DNA of 64,000 nucleotides from an uncultured Methanobacteriaceae archaeon (GTDB taxonomy: Archaea > Methanobacteriota > Methanobacteria > Methanobacteriales > Methanobacteriaceae), in assembly GCA_963704525.1 (NCBI GenBank), contig OY969914.1:890475-954474 (forward strand). The letters run 5' to 3'. The notes under the pieces are model-generated. The model was given only the letters and a program-made list of their open reading frames with translations. It was not told where the DNA came from and searched no databases. The position numbers were made by a program, and so were the translations under genes. Within the stretch, counting starts at the first letter, position 1. Each line of letters starts with the position of its first letter. Positions 55,158-64,000 of this stretch are shown piece after piece.

Positions 55158-55329
55158 ATATTTTCACCTCTTATTCAAAATTTTAAAAGTACTTCTTCTG
55201 ATTAACAAACCCTTTTAAATCACCTAAATTTCTTCTATTCAGCCAGTGCAACATAAATAAGTGTATTAATTAATGCTAACGGGTGCTAAAAAAATTTCAG
55301 ATGAGTGTTAAAAAGTTTACTTTAATATT

Positions 55330-55770
55330 CTAGACAACAAAAATGTTCTCAGTCGCATTACATGGTCCTATATGGTCTCTGCTATTTCCTTCATAGACTA
55401 TCACTGCTTTATAATCACCTTTATTAAGAACAAAATCATCTGTTTTTGCAATGCCTGTAAATAGGTTTGTTATTTTTCAATCCTGAAATACAAGTTCTCC
55501 AACACTCCCATTATTATTAATTCGATAAACATAGAAGTTGAGATAACGGCAAACCATGTAAAATAGAAAAGTTTTGTGCAATAATTTTGCTTTTAAGTTG
55601 ATTTTTTGGTCACTGTTGAAAATGGTGTGATTTAAAGGATTACTATCAAAATAATTACCATCTTCATTGGCTATTACTGTACTCATATCAGGGTTTTCGG
55701 CAAATATAGGTTGTGCAACTGAAACTAGAATCAAAATCAGTGAAATTAAAGCCAAATATCTAATTTTCAT
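55330..55770 (-). pseudogene. Paralog of 54729-55157 interrupted by one in-frame TGA (55477-55479)
   Basis: After GELVFQD* the same frame continues KITNLFTGIAKTDDFVLNKGDYKAVIVYEGNSRDHIGPCNATENIFVV* (TAG at 55330), aligning with the paralog C-terminus. Confidence 0.75.
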
Positions 55771-56338
55771 ATATTTTCACCTCCAATATTTTTTGATTAT
55801 CATAATATTAATAAGTCCTAAATTATTACTTCCTACATTTAAATTAGAAGTTATTACTTTTATATTTTCTGATTACCCTCAATAAAAATAGTGAAAAAAT
55901 TCAACAAAATAACTATACAAATAATTTTATCTATTTATCTTAATCTATGTGGAAAATTGCTATCTTTCATTCTATATAAAATAGCGTTCCATACGTGGTT
56001 TTGCCAAATAGTAACTACCACTAACTTAACTACCACTAAAAAGAAACTATGTGGACATCATTTTAAATAAAAATTAACTAAATTTAAATCAGTTTCTTCT
56101 CCATTTATACATCCAGAAACTGAAACAATAATTAATAAACTACAATAACTAAACCAATGAATATTCTTTGCAAATATTTCATATTTTAAAATTTAATATT
56201 AAATTTCTAATAACAGTTAAACCATTTTAATATAAATTTCCAAATATAATTTATGGAAATTCACTGTTTATGCACCCTATAATAATCATACCCCTTGAAA
56301 AATAGTGATTAAAATTACAAATTTATGAATCTTTTTAA

Positions 56339-56418
<80 letters not shown>

Positions 56419-56554
56419 AGATGAATATTAAGTTGTTTCTTTATGACCTTATAAATTTAACGATCATATTTTTTTAAAGATATAATAAATTAAAGCAACA
56501 ACATTTCAATAGATAAAATTTTTAAACAAAATAAAATATCATGGTGGGGTTAAA

Positions 56555-57874
56555 TTGGGGGAACATTTAAAAGATTTTACAGGTGAATCTAAATTTTTAA
56601 GAATTTTATGGTGTGATAATGCCAATTTGATACGTAGTAAAGCTCTTCGTTTGAATAATGATAATATTACCCAAGCTGTGGTTGGAATATCCCGTGCTCA
56701 GCAAGCTGTGCCTGTGACCTACGATGGTATTGCACCAGACTCCAAACTAGATCCTGTTGGAGAAGTATACCTTATCGCTGACAATTCATCCATCAAGACG
56801 TTACCATACGTTCCGGGAAACAGTGTGGCCATCGGAGACATGTTTCTCAACGGTAGAGAATGGGACTGCTGTCCAAGAAACTATCTCAAGAAAATGGTTG
56901 ATCTCTTTACGGAATTTGATCTAGAAATTAAAGCTTCTTTTGAAAATGAATTTTATCTTCTTAACAAAGATCATCCCTTAGAATGTCCTGAAAATAGCGC
57001 GTTTGCATCGACCAATTCGATGAATTTGAATAATGATGTTATAATGGAAATTGTGGATAATCTTGAAGCTCAGGATCTTACTGTTGAACAGTACTACGCT
57101 GAATCTGGTCCATGTCAACATGAGATCACCGTAAGGTACGATGATGCATTGCGGGCTGCAGATAATCAGATTATTTTTAGAGAAACTGTTCGGGGTGTGG
57201 CAGTTAAACATGACAGGATTGCATCGTTTCTTCCAAAAATTTTCCCTGACCATGCTGGAAGCGGTTGTCATATTCACATGAGCCTATGGAGAAATGGCAA
57301 AAATATTCTCCACGACCCCAATGAAAGATGGGAACTTGGATTGGAAGCTAATTATTTTATTGCAGGAATACTCGAACATTTAAATTCATTGATGGCAGTG
57401 ACAACTCCCATTACAAATTCCTACAGGCGGATCCTTCCAAGTTCTTGGGCTGGAAAATGTCGATGCTGGGGTCTTGACAATAGAGAAGCCAGTTTAAGAG
57501 TTGTGAGGGAACCTGATGGGAAAATTAAACATTTCGAATTTAAAACTTCAGATGCCACATCTAACCCTTACCTCTCTCTAGGATCAATCATAAGGGCAGG
57601 GATTGATGGGTTGGATAAAAAATTAGCCCTCCCAGATCCTGTACAATCAGACCCTGCAAAAATGGGAGAAAATGAAATGAAGGCAAAAAACATTACCGAA
57701 CTTCCATCCAACCCTAATGATGCCATCGAATTCTTACAAATCGATGATGTGATAATAAATTCCATGGGCGAAGAACTTTCAAACGAATACATCGCTGTTA
57801 AAATGGAAGAATATAAAATATTAAAGGACATGACAGTCGATGAAGAAATTGAATTGCTTCTGGATAAATATTAG
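56555..57874 (+). CDS. Glutamine synthetase-family protein (FluG/NodGS-like gamma-glutamyl ligase rather than housekeeping GlnA)
   Basis: ILWCDNANLIRSK, SFENEFY, QHEI, GSGCHIHMSL, WGLDNREASLRV, EFKTSDATSNPYL; TTG start after GGTGGGG. Confidence 0.8.
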   Translation: MGEHLKDFTGESKFLRILWCDNANLIRSKALRLNNDNITQAVVGISRAQQAVPVTYDGIAPDSKLDPVGEVYLIADNSSIKTLPYVPGNSVAIGDMFLNGREWDCCPRNYLKKMVDLFTEFDLEIKASFENEFYLLNKDHPLECPENSAFASTNSMNLNNDVIMEIVDNLEAQDLTVEQYYAESGPCQHEITVRYDDALRAADNQIIFRETVRGVAVKHDRIASFLPKIFPDHAGSGCHIHMSLWRNGKNILHDPNERWELGLEANYFIAGILEHLNSLMAVTTPITNSYRRILPSSWAGKCRCWGLDNREASLRVVREPDGKIKHFEFKTSDATSNPYLSLGSIIRAGIDGLDKKLALPDPVQSDPAKMGENEMKAKNITELPSNPNDAIEFLQIDDVIINSMGEELSNEYIAVKMEEYKILKDMTVDEEIELLLDKY

Positions 57875-58247
57875 TAGTTAATTCTAAATTTTTTTTATGC
57901 TGTCAAATTTACATTAAATGTTTATTCCAAAGTGCATATCATCATCATAGAAATTTTCTTCGAAAAAGTTTTTAAGAGTTATCATAAACAAGAGATATAT
58001 CACTCATCATTAAATATGGTACTTTTTAATTTTACGCCTTAATTTTTTATTTAAGTTACTTATTATGTATTTGAACATTGTTTTAATAATCAATCCCTGT
58101 TCTCTTTAAACAATACTTAAATAATACTTTTGTTAAATTAGGTTCATAACTATTTGAAATGATTAATTTAAAAAATAAAGCTTAAATCGTATGCACCCTA
58201 GTGATAATTATCCAAGTGCAAATAGGAATCATGAGTGATGAGTCAAA

Positions 58248-60308
58248 ATGAAATTGAGAAGTAAAACTCTTGTTTACAGCGGTGTCATAATAACACTTTT
58301 AATTTTGATTCTGCTCGTAATTTCACAACTCGCTTTCATGAGCACCTACAGCGACTATGAAAATCGTTACAGTTATCACGTGCTTAAAGATGAACTAACC
58401 CAGTTAAATCAAACCATAACAGCGATGAATGAAACTGCCAAAGATTGGTCCCAGTGGGACGATGCTTATTCTTTTGTTTCAGGAGATAATCCTCAGTTCG
58501 TAACCAACAACCTGCCCCCAAATACTTTTCAGCGCCTGAATTTGAACGTTATCATTTTCATCGACAAGAATGGAAAGATTGTTTATGGGAAAGCATACGA
58601 TACCCAAAGTAACCAGTTCGTTGGTCTACCCCAAAATTTAAGCAGCTTCAAAAATGACAGCCCACTGCTACAAACAAATAATTCTAATGGTTTGTATGGA
58701 ATCATTGATCTACCTGAAGGTCCGATGATTTTGGTGTCCAAACCCATCTTAACGAGTCATAATCAGGGACCCTCGATGGGAACCCTTATAATGGGCAGAT
58801 ACCTCTCCCAAAACCAGCTTAACAAACTTATAAATATTCCCAACAGCACCCTAACTGTTCAGAGTTACAGCACAGCTAATTCATCCATAGAATATAAAAA
58901 TGTGCTCCCATTACTGTCCAATACAACTCCATCCACCAGCAAGGTGTTGGGAAGAAATTCTATTGCAGCTTACGGACTTATTAATGATATTTACGGAAAT
59001 CCTTCAATAATTTTACGTTCTGAAATGGTCAGAACACTATACAACTCGTATCTGGGCAACGTACTCTATTTTGTGGGTGCATTGCTTCTTGTAGGAATAT
59101 TATTCGTGATCCTTATTCTCTACTTTTTAGACAAAAATGTTCTTAACCGTCTTGATAAACTCATGACAGAAATAGTTGATATAGGTAAAAAAGGAGATAT
59201 AAACAGAAGAGTCACTGTATCTGGAGATGACGAGTTGACGGACCTAGCTAGTTCGATTAACAGCAGTTTATTTTCGCTTCAAAAATCTGAGCGGGATCTT
59301 GAAATTAGTGAAAAAAAATACAGAAATATCTTTGAGAATACAGGTACTGCAATGATAATTGCTGAAGAAGATATGACCATATCCCTTGTAAACAGAACAT
59401 TTGAAAACATTTTCAATAGCAGCAAACATGATATAATTGGTAAAAATTGGATTAACATGATAGAATCGAGTTACAGAGAGAAAGTTAAGGAATATCATCG
59501 ATTTTCATCGGAAAAACCCGATTTTAAACCTCTGTTAAAAACCTATGATGTCGAAATTATAATCAACAATGAACCCCGGTACTTCTTTGCAACATTTGAT
59601 TTTATTTTAGGAACAAAGAAAAGTTTAATATCCCTTATCGATATCAGTGACAGAATAATTGCTGAAAAACTGCTTAAATCTTCACTTAAAGAGAAGGAAT
59701 TGTTACTGAGGGAAATCCACCACAGGGTTAAAAACAGTTTACAGATCATAGCCTCATTACTCACACTTCAGGCATCAGAATTTCAAGATGTAAATGTCAT
59801 TGAAAGTTACAATGAAACTGAAAATCGTATACACAGTATCGCCCTCATACATGAGAGTCTGTATAATTCCGCAGATATTTCAGAGATCAACTTCAGGGAA
59901 TATGTGGAAACCTTGATGGAAAACATAATATTTTCCTACAATGTTGATACAACCAAGATAAATATCAAACTGGAATTGGATGACTATGAACTCGGAATTG
60001 AAACATCCATACCATTGGGATTGATTATAAATGAGCTGGTTTCAAACGCATTTAAACATGCATTTAAAGATGGAAAAGGATGTATAGAACTGAAACTTTC
60101 GAAGATGGATGATGAATTCGAACTCATAATAAAGGACAACGGAATTGGATTAGCAGCCGACTTTGATATAACTGCCCAAAAATCCCTTGGATTGTTACTA
60201 GTAAATGAACTTGTTAACCAATTGGAAGGAAGTATTGAAGTCATGATTCATGAAGGTACACAATTTAAAATCAAATTCAAGGAATTGGAGTACAGAAAAA
60301 GATTGTAA
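58248..60308 (+). CDS. Sensor histidine kinase (CHASE4, HAMP, PAS, HisKA_2)
   Basis: DWSQWDDAYSFV (CHASE4), GDDELTDLASSIN (HAMP), [16 protein letters not shown]. Confidence 0.9.
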   Translation: MKLRSKTLVYSGVIITLLILILLVISQLAFMSTYSDYENRYSYHVLKDELTQLNQTITAMNETAKDWSQWDDAYSFVSGDNPQFVTNNLPPNTFQRLNLNVIIFIDKNGKIVYGKAYDTQSNQFVGLPQNLSSFKNDSPLLQTNNSNGLYGIIDLPEGPMILVSKPILTSHNQGPSMGTLIMGRYLSQNQLNKLINIPNSTLTVQSYSTANSSIEYKNVLPLLSNTTPSTSKVLGRNSIAAYGLINDIYGNPSIILRSEMVRTLYNSYLGNVLYFVGALLLVGILFVILILYFLDKNVLNRLDKLMTEIVDIGKKGDINRRVTVSGDDELTDLASSINSSLFSLQKSERDLEISEKKYRNIFENTGTAMIIAEEDMTISLVNRTFENIFNSSKHDIIGKNWINMIESSYREKVKEYHRFSSEKPDFKPLLKTYDVEIIINNEPRYFFATFDFILGTKKSLISLIDISDRIIAEKLLKSSLKEKELLLREIHHRVKNSLQIIASLLTLQASEFQDVNVIESYNETENRIHSIALIHESLYNSADISEINFREYVETLMENIIFSYNVDTTKINIKLELDDYELGIETSIPLGLIINELVSNAFKHAFKDGKGCIELKLSKMDDEFELIIKDNGIGLAADFDITAQKSLGLLLVNELVNQLEGSIEVMIHEGTQFKIKFKELEYRKRL

Positions 60309-60435
60309 TATGATTTGATTAATTTACCATTAAAATTTATAGGAATATGATTTAAAAGAATTTACAGAAGGTATTTTATCATATATTTATTTTTTTTAAT
60401 TGAAATTTTTTACATGATCTATTGAAATAATAGCT

Positions 60436-60460
60436 AACTATTTATATTAAAACTTTTAAA
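60436..60460 (+). promoter_or_regulatory. TATA promoter module repeated before each unit (also 60685-60709 and 60959-60983)
   Basis: AACTAT(T/A)TATA..AAACTTTTA begins exactly 34 bp before AAGAGG in all three copies. Confidence 0.7.
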
Positions 60461-60469
60461 CTAAACCTT

Positions 60470-60602
60470 AAGAGGTAGAGGGCATGCAACAAAATAATCT
60501 CCCTTATAAAAATATACCCCCCCCAAAGTATTTTATATGGGTGACGCCTTTTAATCACGTCCACCTAAACTGATTTTTAAAGCATGCCCCTTGAAACCCC
60601 TT
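60470..60602 (+). ncRNA. Putative structured small RNA, copy 1 of 3
   Basis: Own TATA element 34 bp upstream; closing stem GGCATGC/GCATGCC; two internal hairpins; poly-C loop; T-rich tract downstream. Confidence 0.6.
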
Positions 60603-60718
60603 TTCTTTACAAAAATTCTTTTTTTATTCTTCAAAAAATATCTTAAACAAATATCATAATAAAAAAAAAGCTACAAAAATAGTAAACTATATATATTAAA
60701 ACTTTTAAATTATAGTGT

Positions 60719-60851
60719 AAGAGGTAGAGGGCATGCAACAAAAATAATTCTCCCTATAAATTTACCCCCCCCAAAAGTAATTTATATGGGTGACGCCTTT
60801 TAATCACGTCCACCTAAACTGATTTTAAATGCATGCCTGTTGAAACCCCTT
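60719..60851 (+). ncRNA. Putative structured small RNA, copy 2 of 3
   Basis: Close copy of unit 1 with the same promoter spacing; changes in the AT-rich hairpin keep pairing. Confidence 0.6.
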
Positions 60852-60992
60852 ATATATTATTTAAAACATTTAATCTTATTTTAAACTCATTAAACATTTT
60901 ATAGTAATCCTAACGCCATTTAAAACCACCATACTAATTTTAGGAATTTAAAAACAAAAACTATATATAATTAAACTTTTACACTATAATGT

Positions 60993-61122
60993 AAGAGGGC
61001 AGAAGGCATGTAAGTTACTCCCTAAATTTTGTAATACCCCCCCAATAATCGAAATTTATAACGATGAATCATTAAATCCAGTTCATCTAATCTAATTTTA
61101 TACATGCCTTCTGAACCTTCTT
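60993..61122 (+). ncRNA. Putative structured small RNA or 5' leader, copy 3 of 3 (diverged)
   Basis: CAGAAGGCATGTA/TACATGCCTTCTG perfect 13-bp stem; GATGAA/TTCATC hairpin replaces GGTG/CACC; poly-C loop kept. Confidence 0.55.
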
Positions 61123-61210
61123 TAAAAATCTAAATAAAACAGTTAAAGAAAAAATTGTGAAAAAATTATTTTTAATGTGTTTATTCACCAAATCATAAAA
61201 AGGGATTTAA

Positions 61211-62659
61211 ATGAAGAAAATATTTCAAAAGAAATGTATAAATGAAGCCCTTGAATGTGCAAATAACAGCAACTCCCTAAAAAGGTCTATTGGACCTGTA
61301 GGTTTGACTATCATGGGAGTTGGTGGAATAATAGGTGCCGGAATATTTATTGTTACAGGAGTGGCATCTGCAAGTTCTGGGCCTGCACTTATTGTGTCGT
61401 TCATAATCGCAGCAATTGCATGTACCTTCACTGCACTGTGCTATGCAGAGTTCGCATCAATGATACCAATTGCTGGAAGCGTATATACCTATACCTACAT
61501 AACCATGGGCGAAATATGGGCATGGATAATGGGTTGGATATTGATTCTACAGTATTTAATAGCATCTGCAGCAGTAGCAATAGGATGGTCATCATATGTA
61601 ATTGCATTGGTTGGCTCATTTGGAATAGTTCTACCATCAATTATAAGCGGTCCATTGGGAGTTAATGGATCCCTAATAAATCTGCCCGCAGTAATAATAA
61701 TTTTAATTTTAACAGCAGTTCTTGTACGGGGAGCAGAAGAAAGTGCAAAAGTAAACGCTCTCATAGTTTTCGTAAAGGTAGCTGTAATTCTGCTCTTTAT
61801 AACGATCGGAGTAAGCTTTATAAACCCTACAAACTACCATCCATTTACCCCATTTGGTATAACAGGAATATTTCAGGGAGCAGCCATGGTATTCTTTGCA
61901 TATCTAGGTTTCGATGCAATAGCATCTGCGGCAGAAGAAACAAAAAATCCTGGACGGACCATACCAATAGGAATAATTGGTTCGTTAATAATCAGTTCAG
62001 TATTATATATTGCAGTAGCAGCTGTAATGACTGGTATGGTGCCCTACAACCTGCTTAACACCCCATCACCCGTTTCCTATGCACTTCAACATGTAGGTGT
62101 TCAATGGGCATTTACAGTAATTACTATCGGTGCAATAGCAGGATTAACAACTGTTGTACTGGTTAACATGTTCAGCAAGGCAAGAATAGTCTTTGCAATG
62201 AGCAGGGACGGGTTGTTACCCAAAGTATTTTCAAATGTTAATGACGGATGCCAGGCTCCTGTTGCAAGCATACTGCTGGTTGGTGCAATGGCAACAGTAA
62301 TAGCTGCATTCTTTTCACTGGACAGTATTTTTGAGCTTGTTAATGTTGGTGCACTCACTGCATTCATGGTGCTGGCTATAGCTGTAATTATACTAAGACT
62401 ACAACAACCCGAACTCAAAAGATCATTTAAATGTCCATTAGTACCTGCAATACCAATATTATCGATAATTTTCAGTATAGCACTTATTTCTCAGTTAAAA
62501 GTGCACATACTCCAAATATTTGCAGTATGGCTGATTCTTGGAATTTTAATATACTTCGCATATGGTAAATACAGAGGACTGTTCAAAAAACCTATTAGTG
62601 AATCAGAACCTGATATTGAAGGATTTGAAACTCCACTTGAAATTCCTCCATCAAAATAA
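61211..62659 (+). CDS. APC-superfamily amino acid permease
   Basis: GVGGIIGAGIF, CYAEFASMIPIAGSVYTY, FFAYLGFD..AEE, SRDGLLP. Confidence 0.93.
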   Translation: MKKIFQKKCINEALECANNSNSLKRSIGPVGLTIMGVGGIIGAGIFIVTGVASASSGPALIVSFIIAAIACTFTALCYAEFASMIPIAGSVYTYTYITMGEIWAWIMGWILILQYLIASAAVAIGWSSYVIALVGSFGIVLPSIISGPLGVNGSLINLPAVIIILILTAVLVRGAEESAKVNALIVFVKVAVILLFITIGVSFINPTNYHPFTPFGITGIFQGAAMVFFAYLGFDAIASAAEETKNPGRTIPIGIIGSLIISSVLYIAVAAVMTGMVPYNLLNTPSPVSYALQHVGVQWAFTVITIGAIAGLTTVVLVNMFSKARIVFAMSRDGLLPKVFSNVNDGCQAPVASILLVGAMATVIAAFFSLDSIFELVNVGALTAFMVLAIAVIILRLQQPELKRSFKCPLVPAIPILSIIFSIALISQLKVHILQIFAVWLILGILIYFAYGKYRGLFKKPISESEPDIEGFETPLEIPPSK

Positions 62660-62726
62660 ATAATTTCCATCCTTTTTTTATATAAAATTGATTTAGTTAG
62701 ATTTAAAAATATTTAAGGGCACTATC

Positions 62727-64000
62727 ATGTTTAAACGATTATTTTTAAAGAAATCTATAAACGAAATTTTATCACAGAAACCCAACCAAAGTTTAAAGAG
62801 ATCCATTGGTCCTAAAGGACTTACTCTTCTAGGTTTAGGAAGCATCATTGGTGCAGGAATATTTATTGTAACTGGAGTAGCATCTGCACAGTATTCAGGT
62901 CCAGCACTTGTAATATCATTCTTGATCTCTGCCATTGCCTGCACATTTACCGCACTCTGTTATGCAGAGTTTGCATCCATAATCCCAATATCTGGTAGTG
63001 TATACACCTACACCTACATCACAATGGGCGAGATATGTGCATGGATGATTGGTTGGGTGTTGATTTTTGAATATTTAATATCTGCATCTGCAGTTGCAGT
63101 AGGCTGGTCATCGTACATAGTGGGGCTTTTAAGTTATGGTGGATTAAATTTACCAAGCTATGTAACTGCATCCTTTGCTGCAGGAGGACTGATCAATTTA
63201 CCTGCAGTTTTTATAATTTTAATACTGACCTTCGTGCTGATTCTCGGGGCAAAGGAAAGTGCACGTGTAAATGGGGCAATTGTACTCATCAATATCGCCA
63301 TGATAATGGTCTTCGTAATATTTGGATTGAAATTCATAAATCCAGCCAACTACCATCCATTCACACCGTACGGCATCACAGGAGTATTTCAAGGAGCCGC
63401 AATGGTATTCTTCGCATATATTGGATTTGATGCCGTCTCAACAGCAGCAGAAGAGGCAGAGAACCCCCAGAAAAACCTGCCAAAGGGAATTATCGGATCA
63501 CTGATAATAAGTTCCATCCTCTACATAGTGGTGGCAGCTGTTTTAACTGGTATGGTGCCATACAAGCTCCTTAACAACGCTGCTCCAGTTACATTTGCCT
63601 TAAATTATGTTGGTCTTAATTGGGTAGCTTCAATCGTTGCGGTAGGGGCTATTTGCGGAATTACAAGCGTGCTTTTAACGAGTCTTTTTGGTCAGACAAG
63701 AATATTCTTTTCCATGAGTCGCGACGGGCTTTTACCTACAGTGTTCTCAAAGGTACATTCCAACTTCAAATCTCCGGTTACTAGTATCATACTGGTTGGC
63801 ACTGTTGCCAGTTTAATAGCTGCATTTATTCCTCTAGCTGCAATAATAGAACTGGTGAATATTGGAACACTTTCAGGGTTTATATTCCTTGCAATAGCAA
63901 TAATAATACTGAGAAAGCAGAATCCTGAAATAGAAAGAGGGTTCAAATGTCCTCTCGTGCCAATTATCCCGATTCTATCTATTATTTCCTGCATATTCCT
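62727..64000 (+). CDS. APC-superfamily amino acid permease, tandem paralog, runs off the window end
   Basis: Manual translation from ATG 62727: MFKRLFLKKSINEIL...GLGSIIGAGIF...CYAEFAS...SRDGLLP; no stop in the window. Confidence 0.9.
   Translation, partial: MFKRLFLKKSINEILSQKPNQSLKRSIGPKGLTLLGLGSIIGAGIFIVTGVASAQYSGPALVISFLISAIACTFTALCYAEFASIIPISGSVYTYTYITMGEICAWMIGWVLIFEYLISASAVAVGWSSYIVGLLSYGGLNLPSYVTASFAAGGLINLPAVFIILILTFVLILGAKESARVNGAIVLINIAMIMVFVIFGLKFINPANYHPFTPYGITGVFQGAAMVFFAYIGFDAVSTAAEEAENPQKNLPKGIIGSLIISSILYIVVAAVLTGMVPYKLLNNAAPVTFALNYVGLNWVASIVAVGAICGITSVLLTSLFGQTRIFFSMSRDGLLPTVFSKVHSNFKSPVTSIILVGTVASLIAAFIPLAAIIELVNIGTLSGFIFLAIAIIILRKQNPEIERGFKCPLVPIIPILSIISCIF

Noticed and set aside
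55477-55479. Selenocysteine codon
   Set aside because: It aligns with Arg in the paralog, not Cys; I recognised no SECIS-like element; a nonsense mutation is simpler.
56012-56039. 13-bp direct repeat TAACTACCACTAA x2
   Set aside because: Only two adjacent copies in AT-rich DNA with no linked feature; probably a slippage duplication.
60483-60545. Leader peptide from the ATG inside the repeat stem
   Set aside because: The frame stops after four codons in copy 2 and immediately in copy 3, so it is not conserved.
60470-61122. Lysine riboswitch, 5S rRNA, snoRNA or CRISPR interpretation of the triple repeat
   Set aside because: Only the AGAGG start resembles the lysine aptamer, and its other helices are missing. 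There is no 5S consensus and no consistent C/D or ACA boxes. Units are ~130 nt with their own promoters, unlike CRISPR repeats.

Overview
This AT-rich archaeal window looks like a Methanobacterium-type hydrogenotrophic methanogen. The evidence is TFE, pseudomurein-binding-repeat proteins, HisKA_2 PAS kinases, TATA promoters and GGAGG/GGTGA ribosome-binding sites. The main known system is an iron-only nitrogenase operon on the minus strand (anfH-anfD-anfG-anfK, then a class I glutamine amidotransferase and an Anf3-like flavoprotein). A perfect NrpR-type operator precedes it, and no nifI1/I2, anfO, nifEN or nifB lies in the cluster. anfK has no canonical start codon upstream of its first P-cluster cysteine and appears to start at ATA. 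The most unexplained feature is a set of three tandem ~130-nt units at 60470-61122. Each has its own identically spaced TATA promoter, compensatory base changes in three helices and a conserved C-rich loop, and they lie just upstream of two amino-acid permeases. They look like an unnamed structured small-RNA family. Other oddities are a TusA-DsrE-IscS-like operon whose IscS lacks the PLP lysine, an Hsp20 with LEA-like 11-mer repeats, a 24-bp tandem array with one open frame, a sortase-domain fusion without the usual catalytic Arg, and a secreted-protein paralog broken by a single in-frame TGA near tRNA-Glu(CTC). The rest is typical accessory content: surface proteins, kinases, nitroreductases and transporters. 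All calls come from reading motifs by eye; no database search was run.
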